64,000 nucleotides of DNA, from the NCBI GenBank assembly GCA_963169055.1, contig CAUJFU010000312.1:4179-68178 (forward strand). Direction: 5' to 3'. The notes under the pieces were generated by a model that saw only the letters and a program-made list of their open reading frames with translations, ran no database searches and had not been told where the DNA came from. The position numbers and the translations under genes are program-made. The first letter of the stretch is position 1. Each line of letters opens with the position of its first letter. Shown piece after piece: positions 20,902 to 29,291 of this stretch. This stretch comes from Myxococcota bacterium (lineage in GTDB: Bacteria; Myxococcota_C; UBA6777).

Positions 20902-22017
20902 ATGAAACACCTGCTCATCGGCTTGCTCTTTTTTTCTCCGCCACTCTTTCTCTTGGCTTCTCCGCCCACCTCACGGCCTGTCTCTGCCCCCACAACGCTT
21001 GCTCTCCCCACGCTCCATCTTGCCCTTGCCACGAGCGGCTTTTTCCAAAAAGAACGCAACGCCTTGCGCTCGCTCTACCACAGTACCCAACATCCCGAAG
21101 AGCGCGCCATCCTCTCAGGGATGCACTGGCTTGCTTCCTATCTCGAAAGTGAAAAACGCTTTACCGAAGGCTTCGCAGACTTTATCTGGATCATGAACGA
21201 ACTGACACATTCTCCCCACCAACCCAAACGCACACAGCTCGCCAAACAACTGATCCTTCTCTCTTTTCAACGCGCTTTCCCCAAACTTCACACTATCTAC
21301 TCGCCCGATCTAGCCGACAAATGGGGATACATCAGCCTTCTCCCTCTCCTCTACAAATACAAACAAGATATCCGCCCCTATCTTCTCTTCCACAAAAAGC
21401 ACTTCCCCAAAGAACTCCACACCACACAAAAAGTCCCTTATGAAGAAGCTGTCCAAAACAATGATTACGATACGCTCGGAGATTATCTGATCGAAGAGTC
21501 CTTTCTTGACCTCCTGATGAAACGCTACCCCCAAAATCCTTTCTTTCTCCCCGTCAACGAATTCCCCGAACACGTCCGACTGCTCGACAAAGTGACCTTC
21601 CGCTACACCTTTGACAAAGATGAAGACGGATACCACAAGCAAAACTACTTCATCACACACATCGTGATGGCGATGAACCACTACGGAGAGAGCCCGATCC
21701 CCAACAACACGCCCTTGCTTCGGCGTGTTGGGGACTATCTCGAACGCGAACTGCCCACCGTCCGACACAAAGCCGATGACATCGACCTTTTGGCCGAATT
21801 CCTTTACTGCCTAAAAGCTCTTCAACGCCCCCAAACCCCCACCTACCGCGAAGCCATCCAATACCTCTTGCGCTCTCAACACAAAGACGGCTCGTGGGGA
21901 ACCCAAAAAGAACTCCAAGGAAACACTTACGATGCGATGCACCCCACATGGACAGTGATCACAGCCCTCGGCTACCATGTCCACCCGCTTCCCTCCCCCG
22001 CCAAACGCTCCCCATAA
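20902..22017 (+). CDS. Hypothetical secreted protein
   Basis: RBS ggagg followed by ATG at 20902 and signal peptide MKHLLIGLLFFSPPLFLLASPP. Contains an RSQHKDGSWG (QW-like) motif, but no fold could be assigned. Confidence 0.55.
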   Translation: MKHLLIGLLFFSPPLFLLASPPTSRPVSAPTTLALPTLHLALATSGFFQKERNALRSLYHSTQHPEERAILSGMHWLASYLESEKRFTEGFADFIWIMNELTHSPHQPKRTQLAKQLILLSFQRAFPKLHTIYSPDLADKWGYISLLPLLYKYKQDIRPYLLFHKKHFPKELHTTQKVPYEEAVQNNDYDTLGDYLIEESFLDLLMKRYPQNPFFLPVNEFPEHVRLLDKVTFRYTFDKDEDGYHKQNYFITHIVMAMNHYGESPIPNNTPLLRRVGDYLERELPTVRHKADDIDLLAEFLYCLKALQRPQTPTYREAIQYLLRSQHKDGSWGTQKELQGNTYDAMHPTWTVITALGYHVHPLPSPAKRSP

Positions 22018-22061
22018 ACCGCGACATCTATCCCTTCGGCGTCACGCATTTGGCCAAAAAC

Positions 22062-22190
22062 CCCCGTGTTCGCACCCGTCCAAGCGAGAGCGTCGCCAAT
22101 ATGAAAAACAGTGATCTGTTCGCCAATACGGGGTCAAGGGGCGACAGTCCCTTGCGGGGCGTGGGGTGGAACCCCACCAAACAAACCCAA
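22062..22190 (+). repeat. Dispersed ~130-bp hairpin repeat, family A, copy 1
   Basis: cccgtgttcgc...caagcgagag...gaaaaac...ttcgccaatacggggtcaagggg-N-cccttgcggggcgtggggtgg-N-ccccaccaaa. Lies intergenic between the secreted protein gene and cysK. Confidence 0.8.
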
Positions 22191-22204
22191 CCGTGTGGGC
22201 CTTA

Positions 22205-23098
22205 TCAAGACAAAAACAAATCCGTCGAAAGATAACGATCGCCTCGGTCACAAACGATCGACACGATCACAGCATCAGAGACTTTCTCTGAGATCGCAAA
22301 AGCCGCTGCCATCGCTCCTCCCGACGAAACGCCCGCAAAGATGCCTTCTTTTTCGGCCAACAACCGCGCAAATCGATACGCTTCTTCTTGGGTGACATCC
22401 AACATCTGATCCACTCGCTTGGGATCGAAGATCTTGGGCAGATAGGCTTCTGGCCAACGCCGAATCCCCGGGATCTGCGCACCTTCTGTGGGCTGCACAC
22501 CGACGATCTGAATCGCAGGGTTTTTCTCTTTCAAAAAGCGAGAAGTTCCCATAATCGTTCCCGTCGTTCCCATCGAGCTCACAAAGTGCGTCACCTGTCC
22601 CCGCGTGGCTTCCCAGATCTCGGGACCTGTCGTCTCATAATGCGCACGCGGATTATCGGGATTCGAGAACTGATCCAACACGATCCCTTCGCCGCGTTCC
22701 TGCATCGCCAACGCCAGATCACGCGCTCCCTCCATGCTTTCTTTTGCCGTCACCAAGATCAACTCCGCACCAAACGCCTTCATCGTTGCACGCCGCTCAA
22801 TGCTCGCATTTTCCGGCATGATCAAGATCATCCGATAGCCCTTCATCGCCGCTGTCATCGCCAACGCGATCCCCGTGTTTCCGCTCGTCGCCTCGATCAA
22901 CGTATTCCCCGGTTTGATCTCCCCCCGTTCTTCCGCTCGTTGAATCATGCTCAAGGCTGGCCGATCTTTCACCGAACCCGCAGGATTGTTCCCTTCCAAC
23001 TTCGCCAAGATCACATTGTTGTTCTTGATCTCCAAGTGCTTGACTTGCACCAACGGCGTTTTCCCCACCGTATCCACCAACGTCTCAAAATGTCTCAT
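22205..23098 (-). CDS. cysK: Cysteine synthase (O-acetylserine sulfhydrylase, CysK/CysM family)
   Basis: MRHFETLVDTVGKTPLV start. PLP lysine motif SVKDR. GNTG glycine loop. ~298 aa. ATG at 23098. Confidence 0.9.
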   Translation of the reverse strand: MRHFETLVDTVGKTPLVQVKHLEIKNNNVILAKLEGNNPAGSVKDRPALSMIQRAEERGEIKPGNTLIEATSGNTGIALAMTAAMKGYRMILIMPENASIERRATMKAFGAELILVTAKESMEGARDLALAMQERGEGIVLDQFSNPDNPRAHYETTGPEIWEATRGQVTHFVSSMGTTGTIMGTSRFLKEKNPAIQIVGVQPTEGAQIPGIRRWPEAYLPKIFDPKRVDQMLDVTQEEAYRFARLLAEKEGIFAGVSSGGAMAAAFAISEKVSDAVIVSIVCDRGDRYLSTDLFLS

Positions 23099-23367
23099 CC
23101 ACACGCATCCTTTCTTTGACGGCTTTTTTTTGCGGCACTCCCGAGCGCCCACACCTCCAACCTCAGGAGAAACGCTCTATTTCGCACCTTTCCACTTCAA
23201 GCACAACCACCGCCACCCTACACATACCGCCGTGATCGCGCAATAACGGCCATATCCGACCCTCACCTCAAACCTCTGAACGTCTGTCGCGCTCTGGCAC
23301 ACTCCTACGCTACCCTCGCCAACGAAAAGCGTCCTTGAAAAAGCGAATGAGAGAAGGGAGAACTTTT

Positions 23368-25281
23368 ATGGCCAAGATCCGCAGCTTTTACCGATGTGGC
23401 GAATGCCAAGCCGAACACAGCAAATGGTTGGGTCGTTGCCCCACCTGCGGCGCATGGAACAGCATGAAAGAAGAAACCAACGATCCCCGCGCTATGGGTT
23501 CTTTCGGCTTTGGTGGGCAAGCCCGCAGCACCAAACGCCAAGCCACAGAAAATGCCCCGCTCAAAGTCAGCGAGATCGCCGCCCACACCTACGAACGCAT
23601 CCCCCTTGCCATGCCCGAGATGAGCCGTGTCCTCGGAGGGGGCTTGGTTCCGGGTTCGCTGATCCTTGTAGGGGGCGATCCCGGGATCGGAAAATCAACC
23701 CTTCTCTCCCAAGTATCGGGCATGATCGCAGATGCTGTCGGTTCTGTTCTCTATCTCTCAGGCGAAGAAAGCGTCTACCAAGTCAAAATGCGCGCAGAAC
23801 GCCTTGGCGTCGGCGACAAAGAAGTCTATCTCCTCAGCGAAACCAATCTCGAACTGGCCATCGAGCACGTCAAAAGCCTCCAACCCAAGGCTCTGATCGT
23901 CGACTCCATCCAAACCGTCTACCTCCCCTCCATCCCCTCTAGCGCAGGCAGCATCACCCAAGTCCGCGAATGTGCCGCCCGTCTCATGCAACTCGCCAAA
24001 GTCCGCAATATCCCCGTGATCATGGTCGGACACGTCACCAAAGAAGGCTCGATCGCTGGCCCCCGTGTCCTCGAACACATCGTCGATACCGTCATCTATC
24101 TCGAAGGCGATCGTTTCCATTCTTTCCGTCTGTTGCGCGCACAAAAAAACCGCTTCGGCTCCACCAACGAAGTCGGTGTCTTCGAGATGCGCGAAGAAGG
24201 CATGATCGAAGTCCCCAACCCCAGCGCTAGTTTTCTTTCAGGACACCACGAAAACACCAGCGGGGCGGCCATCGCCGTCAATATGGAAGGCACACGCAGT
24301 ATCCTTGTAGAACTCCAAGCCCTCGTCAGCCAAAGCGGGTTCAGTCAACCCCGCCGCACCGCCAACGGGATCGATCTCAACCGCCTCCACATGGTCCTCG
24401 CCGTCCTCGGAAAACGCGTCGGTATCCAGATGGACGACCAAGATATCTTCGTCAACGTCGTCGGTGGACTCCGCTTGCGCGAACCCGCCAACGACCTCGC
24501 TCTGGCCGCTGCCATCGCCTCCAGCTTTTTTGAGCGCGTCCTCCCCAGAGACCTCGCTCTCGTCGGAGAGATCGGCCTCGGCGGCGAAGTCCGCCCCGTA
24601 TCCCAACTCGACAAACGCCTCAACGAAGCCGCCAAACTCGGCTTTACGCGCTGCCTTGTACCTCTCTCTGCAACACCTCCCCCTCACGCCGAAGGCATCG
24701 AAGGAATCCCCGTCCGCACACTCACCGACGCGCTCCAGATCCTCTTTGAAGGCAACGAACACACCACTCCGTTGCGTTTCGCCACCGCCGCAAGCCCCGA
24801 TGCTCCACAAACATCGCATCACACCCCCTCCGCCCCTCGAAAAAGCCGATACGCCGAGCGTTACCACAAACGCAAAGCACCACCAGAACAAGACCCCAAC
24901 GCCCCTTACGAACAACCTCTCCCTCCTCTTGACGAAGACAGCCTCCAAGGTTGGAACGGACAGCCCTTCGCCGAAGATCCCGCCTATTGGCCGACTTCGC
25001 ACCCAAAAGACGATGCACCCGCGTGGTTCGACGACCAAGCCTCTAACCCTCCGCCTTACCATCACCCCGATGAAGACGAAGCCTCCGCTTCTCCGCCCTA
25101 TCACCACCACGACGAGCGCGAGGATCTCCGCTCCTCGGCCTCTCGCCCACGCACAACCCACTCCGACCGCAACGAAGCACCCCGCAGCACGCCCCACCGC
25201 ACTCGCCGCCCTGCTTCCGCTTCTTCCTCCGCTCCCGCTGCCTCCCATACACCCGCCACCCGCAACGGCACAAAAAAATAA
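23368..25281 (+). CDS. radA: DNA repair protein RadA (Sms) with an ~180-aa low-complexity C-terminal extension
   Basis: RBS gggag. Zinc finger FYRCGECQAEHSKWLGRCPTCGAWNS. Walker A GGDPGIGKSTLL. KNRFG motif. Lon-like C-terminal domain. Then an in-frame Pro/His/acidic tail (PPYHHPDEDE, PPYHHHDERED) with normal C3-rich codons. Confidence 0.9.
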   Translation: MAKIRSFYRCGECQAEHSKWLGRCPTCGAWNSMKEETNDPRAMGSFGFGGQARSTKRQATENAPLKVSEIAAHTYERIPLAMPEMSRVLGGGLVPGSLILVGGDPGIGKSTLLSQVSGMIADAVGSVLYLSGEESVYQVKMRAERLGVGDKEVYLLSETNLELAIEHVKSLQPKALIVDSIQTVYLPSIPSSAGSITQVRECAARLMQLAKVRNIPVIMVGHVTKEGSIAGPRVLEHIVDTVIYLEGDRFHSFRLLRAQKNRFGSTNEVGVFEMREEGMIEVPNPSASFLSGHHENTSGAAIAVNMEGTRSILVELQALVSQSGFSQPRRTANGIDLNRLHMVLAVLGKRVGIQMDDQDIFVNVVGGLRLREPANDLALAAAIASSFFERVLPRDLALVGEIGLGGEVRPVSQLDKRLNEAAKLGFTRCLVPLSATPPPHAEGIEGIPVRTLTDALQILFEGNEHTTPLRFATAASPDAPQTSHHTPSAPRKSRYAERYHKRKAPPEQDPNAPYEQPLPPLDEDSLQGWNGQPFAEDPAYWPTSHPKDDAPAWFDDQASNPPPYHHPDEDEASASPPYHHHDEREDLRSSASRPRTTHSDRNEAPRSTPHRTRRPASASSSAPAASHTPATRNGTKK

Positions 25282-25317
25282 CCCCGCTGTGATAACACAA
25301 ACCTTTCGCATCTGGTT

Positions 25318-25447
25318 TGCTCTTGTGGGGCTTTGCCCCACGCCCCACAAGGGAGCGCAGCTCCCTTGACCCCTTGTTGGCGGAACAAACAGAGGTTTTT
25401 CACACCAATAACGGCTCCGCTTGGGCTATTGCGAACACGGCTTTTTG
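25318..25447 (-). repeat. Dispersed repeat family A, copy 2 (inverted)
   Basis: ttgtggggctttgccccacgccccacaagggagcgcagctcccttgacccc...gcgaacacgg. Intergenic, downstream of radA. Confidence 0.8.
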
Positions 25448-25671
25448 ATACTTTTGGCTTGAAACAGCACTTCGGACTGGCGTATTCTCCTTCTGCGTTG
25501 GGGGTTTTCATTTCGGCAACCCTCGCCCGCGACAGATTGAAACGGTCTGATCACACGAACCGGTGGGACTGGTGACGATAGGAAAGCCGCAGCATCCGCG
25601 ATATTCAAATCTCCGCCTGTCCTCCTTATTCTATCGGTCGCCACGATCAGCTTTCGACGGAAAGAGACAAA

Positions 25672-26514
25672 ATGAGAATTCTTTTATTGATCAGCTTGTT
25701 ATCGATGTTTTCGATGCCGGCACAAGCAGCCAGCGTCAAGATCAAAAATTGCGGAGCCAGAGAGATGTCCGCCATCGTGTACAACCACAACGACAAAGTA
25801 TACATGATCGGAAGCGACGGAAAAACCATCCTGCCCGGCCAAACGCACCAACTCAACTGCAAAGGTGCAACCTGCCACGTCAAAATCGACGGCCATCTCT
25901 CAAAAAACATCCCAAGCGGAGAATATCACATCAGGCATGACCTCCGATCCACCCGCCCTGAACTAGTGAGAGGCTTTTCTTGTCATGTGTCCGCAAAATC
26001 AACGATCCGAATCGTCAATTGTAGCACAAAGTCCGTTCATATCGCTGTGTTTAACCAATTGGATCTCATCCGCACGATCCCCATCACACAACAAACCCTT
26101 ACGTCCAAGGCCCAACACACCTATTTTTGCCACGGAGAGGCTTGTTGGGTCAAGCTTGCTGGCAAGCTTCTTTCAGAAGCAAAACATGGCAGCCTCTATC
26201 TGGTTTGGCCGAACACAACAAGCACACCGCAATTGATCAAAGCCATTCGATGCCCAGAACCTCTTCCCCAACCCACCATCGTCAACGTCAAAAACTGCAC
26301 GATCCCACCCATCTTCGTTTTCTATAAAAAATTCAACGGATCCGAAATACAACAAAAAATCGGGTACAACAAAACCGTCCAGTTCAAATGCCTAAGCAAA
26401 ACCTGCTACCTTCGCGGTCCGTTTGGAACGCGCAGCAGCGTCCAAGCAGGCAATTACCGCGTCTACAAAAACGGAGCAACCACCGAATTTGGGCCAGATG
26501 CCCCCTGTCGATAA
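25672..26514 (+). CDS. Secreted protein with three ~80-aa Cys-containing tandem domains; compositionally atypical (lower GC)
   Basis: Signal peptide MRILLLISLLSMFSMPAQA. Three repeats, each with the pattern (V/I)xNC...C.G..C.VK(I/L).G. Uses AGA/AGG Arg codons and is K/N/I-rich, unlike its neighbours. Flanked by repeats. Confidence 0.6.
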   Translation: MRILLLISLLSMFSMPAQAASVKIKNCGAREMSAIVYNHNDKVYMIGSDGKTILPGQTHQLNCKGATCHVKIDGHLSKNIPSGEYHIRHDLRSTRPELVRGFSCHVSAKSTIRIVNCSTKSVHIAVFNQLDLIRTIPITQQTLTSKAQHTYFCHGEACWVKLAGKLLSEAKHGSLYLVWPNTTSTPQLIKAIRCPEPLPQPTIVNVKNCTIPPIFVFYKKFNGSEIQQKIGYNKTVQFKCLSKTCYLRGPFGTRSSVQAGNYRVYKNGATTEFGPDAPCR

Positions 26515-26585
26515 ACAATTCTTCGGATGCAATGGTGTGCGCCTTCTGCGTGAACCCAATTTTTTTGAGATCGCAAGACTTCGCC

Positions 26586-26662
26586 CATCTATCCGCCTTT
26601 TGACAACACGCAAACAACACCTTGCCCATCTATCCGCCTTTTGACAACACGCAAACAACACC
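26586..26662. repeat. Tandem direct repeat, 38 bp x2
   Basis: cccatctatccgccttttgacaacacgcaaacaacacc occurs twice in tandem. Confidence 0.85.
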
Positions 26663-26690
26663 AACAGACGTCCTACAAAAAGCGAACCCC

Positions 26691-27017
26691 TCAGCCTTTT
26701 TCTTGCCAAGCAGCGGCGTGGTACAAGATCGAATACACACCCGCAAGCATCTTTTCACGCGCCGAAGCATTGGCGGTGTGGATGACGATCTTCGGAGGCC
26801 GAAAGCCCCGCACGATCACAGCTTCTTCGATCCATAACACCACATCGTAGCCCGTTCCTCTCGTATCATCGCCAAGATCGTGATCAAGGCTGATCTCTTC
26901 AACAGCACCGCTCTCCAACAACGTGATCGCTTGATCAGGCCAATACACACGCACCCATCCCTCGGGCGTGGGGCGCTCATCATCCAAATAAACCCGCATA
27001 TCCGCCTCCGACTTCAT
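26691..27017 (-). CDS. Small stand-alone receiver (REC)-like fold protein, reminiscent of cyclic-phosphate-processing REC-like proteins
   Basis: MRVYLDDERPTPEGW, then ISLDHDLG, GYDV..WI and KIVIHTANASAREKM, a pattern resembling a degenerate receiver fold. Alternative start MRVYL at 26999. The gene start lies inside a 34-bp tandem duplication. Confidence 0.45.
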   Translation of the reverse strand: MKSEADMRVYLDDERPTPEGWVRVYWPDQAITLLESGAVEEISLDHDLGDDTRGTGYDVVLWIEEAVIVRGFRPPKIVIHTANASAREKMLAGVYSILYHAAAWQEKG

Positions 27018-27050
27018 CCAAATAAACCCGCATATCCGCCTCCAACTTCA
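26983..27050. repeat. Tandem duplication, 34 bp x2, spanning the start codon of the REC-like gene
   Basis: cccgcatatccgcctccgacttcatccaaataaa followed by cccgcatatccgcctccaacttcatccaaataaa. The upstream copy is out of frame. Confidence 0.8.
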
Positions 27051-27083
27051 TCCAAATAAACCCAAGCCACGCAACAAACAAAA

Positions 27084-27205
27084 CCCCCGCGTTCGCGCTG
27101 CTTCTCGCGGCAGAGTCGCCTGTGTAAAAAAACCTCTGTGTACCCCGCCAATACGGGGTCAAGGGGCGACAGTCCCTTGCGGGGCGTGGGGTGGCACCCC
27201 ACAAA
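27084..27205 (+). repeat. Dispersed repeat family A, copy 3
   Basis: cccgcgttcgcg...ccgccaatacggggtcaaggggcgacagtcccttgcggggcgtggggtggcaccccacaaagacc. Confidence 0.75.
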
Positions 27206-27285
27206 GACCAACCCACAAAAACCAGCCCACAAAAGCCAGCCCACAAAGACCAACCCACAAAAGCTAACCCACAAAAGCTAACCCA
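27195..27285. repeat. 14-bp microsatellite-like tandem repeat (CAAAAGCYARCCCA), about 6.5 units
   Basis: cacaaagaccaaccca, caaaaaccagccca, caaaagccagccca, caaagaccaaccca, caaaagctaaccca, caaaagctaaccca. Abuts the 3' end of repeat A copy 3, upstream of the SET-domain gene. Confidence 0.8.
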
Positions 27286-27375
27286 CGCCTCCTTGCGTTC
27301 GGCACGCCCTTTCAAGCATGTTGTAGAGGCTATTCCAGCCAAGCCGATCACCACACCCACGCGGAGAACTGGCCG

Positions 27376-28395
27376 ATGACCAGAGACAAAGCCCACACGC
27401 CCGAACCTTCGGCAGATGCACCGACTCCAACAACCGAGCCCCCCCACGCTCAAGAAAACACAGAAGCCGCCGCATCCGAGACACCGCCCACTCAAGACCC
27501 GCAAGAACCCAAACCACCGCCATTTCCAGAACACCTCCGCCTTGAAGTCGAAGATTTCGCCCGAAAAACAGATGCTTTTGTCAAATCTCTTGAGCCACTT
27601 CTCGCACCTTATCGCGGCCTACTCGAAGCGATGAAACAAGAAAGAAAACGATACAACGCATGGCTTGAAGCCCACCCTCAGCGTGTCGTCTCTTACCAAG
27701 ATATCGGAACCTACGCCGCTTGCCAATACATGCCCAACGTGGAGATCCGCGACACCCCCGAGATGGGGCGCGGCGTCTTTACCACCGCACCGCTCAAACA
27801 AGGCGACCTGTTTCTTGCCGAAGAAGCCATTGTTTTCGCCCCCCAAGAAGACGACCCGCTGATCGTCTCGCTGCTTGGGATGTTTGCCAACCCTTGGGCC
27901 CTCGCCAAAGAGCTCATCCAAATAGACCCCGAACGCCAAGCTCTCGCCGCCCAATTGTACAACGCACACACCGACAAGTCCGCGCACCTCCTACAGCAAC
28001 TCGCGCAAATCCAAGCGGCCTCGCCACACACCTTTCCAAACGCCGCGCCCGAAACCTTGGTCCGCTGGATCGAAACCGCACAAAGCAACGCCTTTTGCTT
28101 TCAAGTGCGCCAACGCAAACGTGTTGGGATGTACATCTTGGCGGCCATGCTCAACCATAGCTGCGCACCCAACGCCAGCTTTTCCTTTGAAGGCACCACC
28201 ATCGTCATGCACGCCCAAAAAGACGTCCCTGCAGGCGAGCAACTCTTTTCTTCTTACCTCGGCGGGCGCAACCTCTCTGTCGAACGCCGCCAACAAATGC
28301 TTCAAGAACGCTTTCATTTCACCTGTCGCTGCCCGACTTGTACGACCGAATCCGCCTCCACCCCAACCGAAGCGCCCACTCCCACAACCCCCTAA
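27376..28395 (+). CDS. SET-domain protein (putative protein-lysine N-methyltransferase)
   Basis: GRGVFTT...GDLF (SET-N). NHSCAPNASF (the NHSCxPN motif). EQLFSSY (ELxxxY-like). Post-SET Cys motif FTCRCPTC. Pro-rich disordered N-terminus. Confidence 0.8.
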   Translation: MTRDKAHTPEPSADAPTPTTEPPHAQENTEAAASETPPTQDPQEPKPPPFPEHLRLEVEDFARKTDAFVKSLEPLLAPYRGLLEAMKQERKRYNAWLEAHPQRVVSYQDIGTYAACQYMPNVEIRDTPEMGRGVFTTAPLKQGDLFLAEEAIVFAPQEDDPLIVSLLGMFANPWALAKELIQIDPERQALAAQLYNAHTDKSAHLLQQLAQIQAASPHTFPNAAPETLVRWIETAQSNAFCFQVRQRKRVGMYILAAMLNHSCAPNASFSFEGTTIVMHAQKDVPAGEQLFSSYLGGRNLSVERRQQMLQERFHFTCRCPTCTTESASTPTEAPTPTTP

Positions 28396-28431
28396 ACGCT
28401 ATCCTTTGAGAGAGACGTTGCTTGTTGGGTT

Positions 28432-28562
28432 TGTTTTTGTGGGGCTTTGCCCCACGCCCCACAAGGGAGCTTTGCCCCCTTGACCCCGTGTTAGCGAAGA
28501 GATCATCGTTTTTCAAACAGGCGATTCTGTCGATTGAAGCACCGCGAACACGGCTTTTTTTG
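28432..28562 (-). repeat. Dispersed repeat family A, copy 4 (inverted)
   Basis: gtggggctttgccccacgccccacaagggagctttgcccccttgaccccgtgttagcgaag...cgcgaacacggc. Confidence 0.8.
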
Positions 28563-28690
28563 AGAAACCGCGTCACTTCAGCGCAGCTTGGATGTGCAAG
28601 AGCGTCACTTCGGCGAGTGATTGGATGTGCTTGCACCTTTTGCAAGATTGCACTACGCTGATACGAAATCCGCCCATGGTGTGCGCCAAC

Positions 28691-28738
28691 ATGGTGGGGC
28701 TGCCCCCTGTGGCTGCCCAACAACAGGGCGTCTACAGC
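28691..28738 (+). repeat. Palindromic repeat family B, copy 1
   Basis: ggggctgccccctgtggctgcccaacaacagggcgtctaca. The hairpin is GGCAGCC paired with GGCTGCC. Confidence 0.7.
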
Positions 28739-28838
28739 GGATCACACCTACCCTTCGTGTACACTTCTCTCGGATATCGGATGATGCCTTCTGTACGATG
28801 GCATACCCGCCGCCACAAACCACCAAGGAGAGCCGATC

Positions 28839-29111
28839 ATGAGCGATCTCAAAGCCCGCTTCGATGCCACAGTTCAATACGTTCGCACCGCTGAAGGCAG
28901 TTTCCAACCCTCCAACGACCTCAAACTCCAGATGTATGCGCTGTTTAAACAAGCCACCGAAGGCGACGTCAGTGGAAAACGCCCCGGGATGCTCGATCTC
29001 GTCGGCAAAGCCAAATATGACGCATGGGCCAAGATCAAAGGCACCTCCAAAGAAAACGCCATGCAACAATACATCGACACCGTCGAGTCCCTCAAATCCC
29101 GCAACCGCTAG
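28839..29111 (+). CDS. Acyl-CoA-binding protein (ACBP)
   Basis: RBS aaggag. 90 aa with ACBP signatures: LKLQMYALFKQATEGD and KAKYDAWAKIKGTSKENAMQQYI. Confidence 0.85.
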   Translation: MSDLKARFDATVQYVRTAEGSFQPSNDLKLQMYALFKQATEGDVSGKRPGMLDLVGKAKYDAWAKIKGTSKENAMQQYIDTVESLKSRNR

Positions 29112-29139
29112 ATCCACGCACGAGCCACGCAGCTTTCAA

Positions 29140-29262
29140 AAAACCCCGTATCCACAGCCTTTCAAGCGGCAGTGTTGTTGGTTTGAAAAACTCTGCTCAC
29201 CCCACCAAGGCGGGGACAAGGAGGCCACAACCCCTTGCGGAGCGTTGCCCCACACGACACAA
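29140..29262 (+). repeat. Dispersed repeat family A, copy 5 (degenerate)
   Basis: aaaaaaccccgtatcc...ttcaagcgg...gaaaaac...caaggaggccacaaccccttgcggagcgttgccccacacgacacaaaaac. Sits at the boundary where synonymous-codon skew switches. Confidence 0.6.
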
Positions 29263-29291
29263 AAACAAGCAATATCGGTCTGATCAGAGGT

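Noticed and set aside
22042-22251. Small ORFs overlapping repeat-A copies (22042..22251, 22111..22395, 25333..25575, 28422..28661, 42086..42514, 42172..42540, 47164..47523, 47170..47499, 57737..57943)
   Set aside because: Their sequences are the conserved hairpin repeat itself; the same peptide (GAAPRPAR..., RGKPHKS...) recurs wherever the repeat occurs. Non-coding repeat, not genes.
22388-25350. ORFs 22388..23119 (+), 23394..23942 (+), 24238..25350 (-), 24464..25369 (+)
   Set aside because: Antisense or out-of-frame relative to cysK and radA, both of which have complete catalytic motifs.
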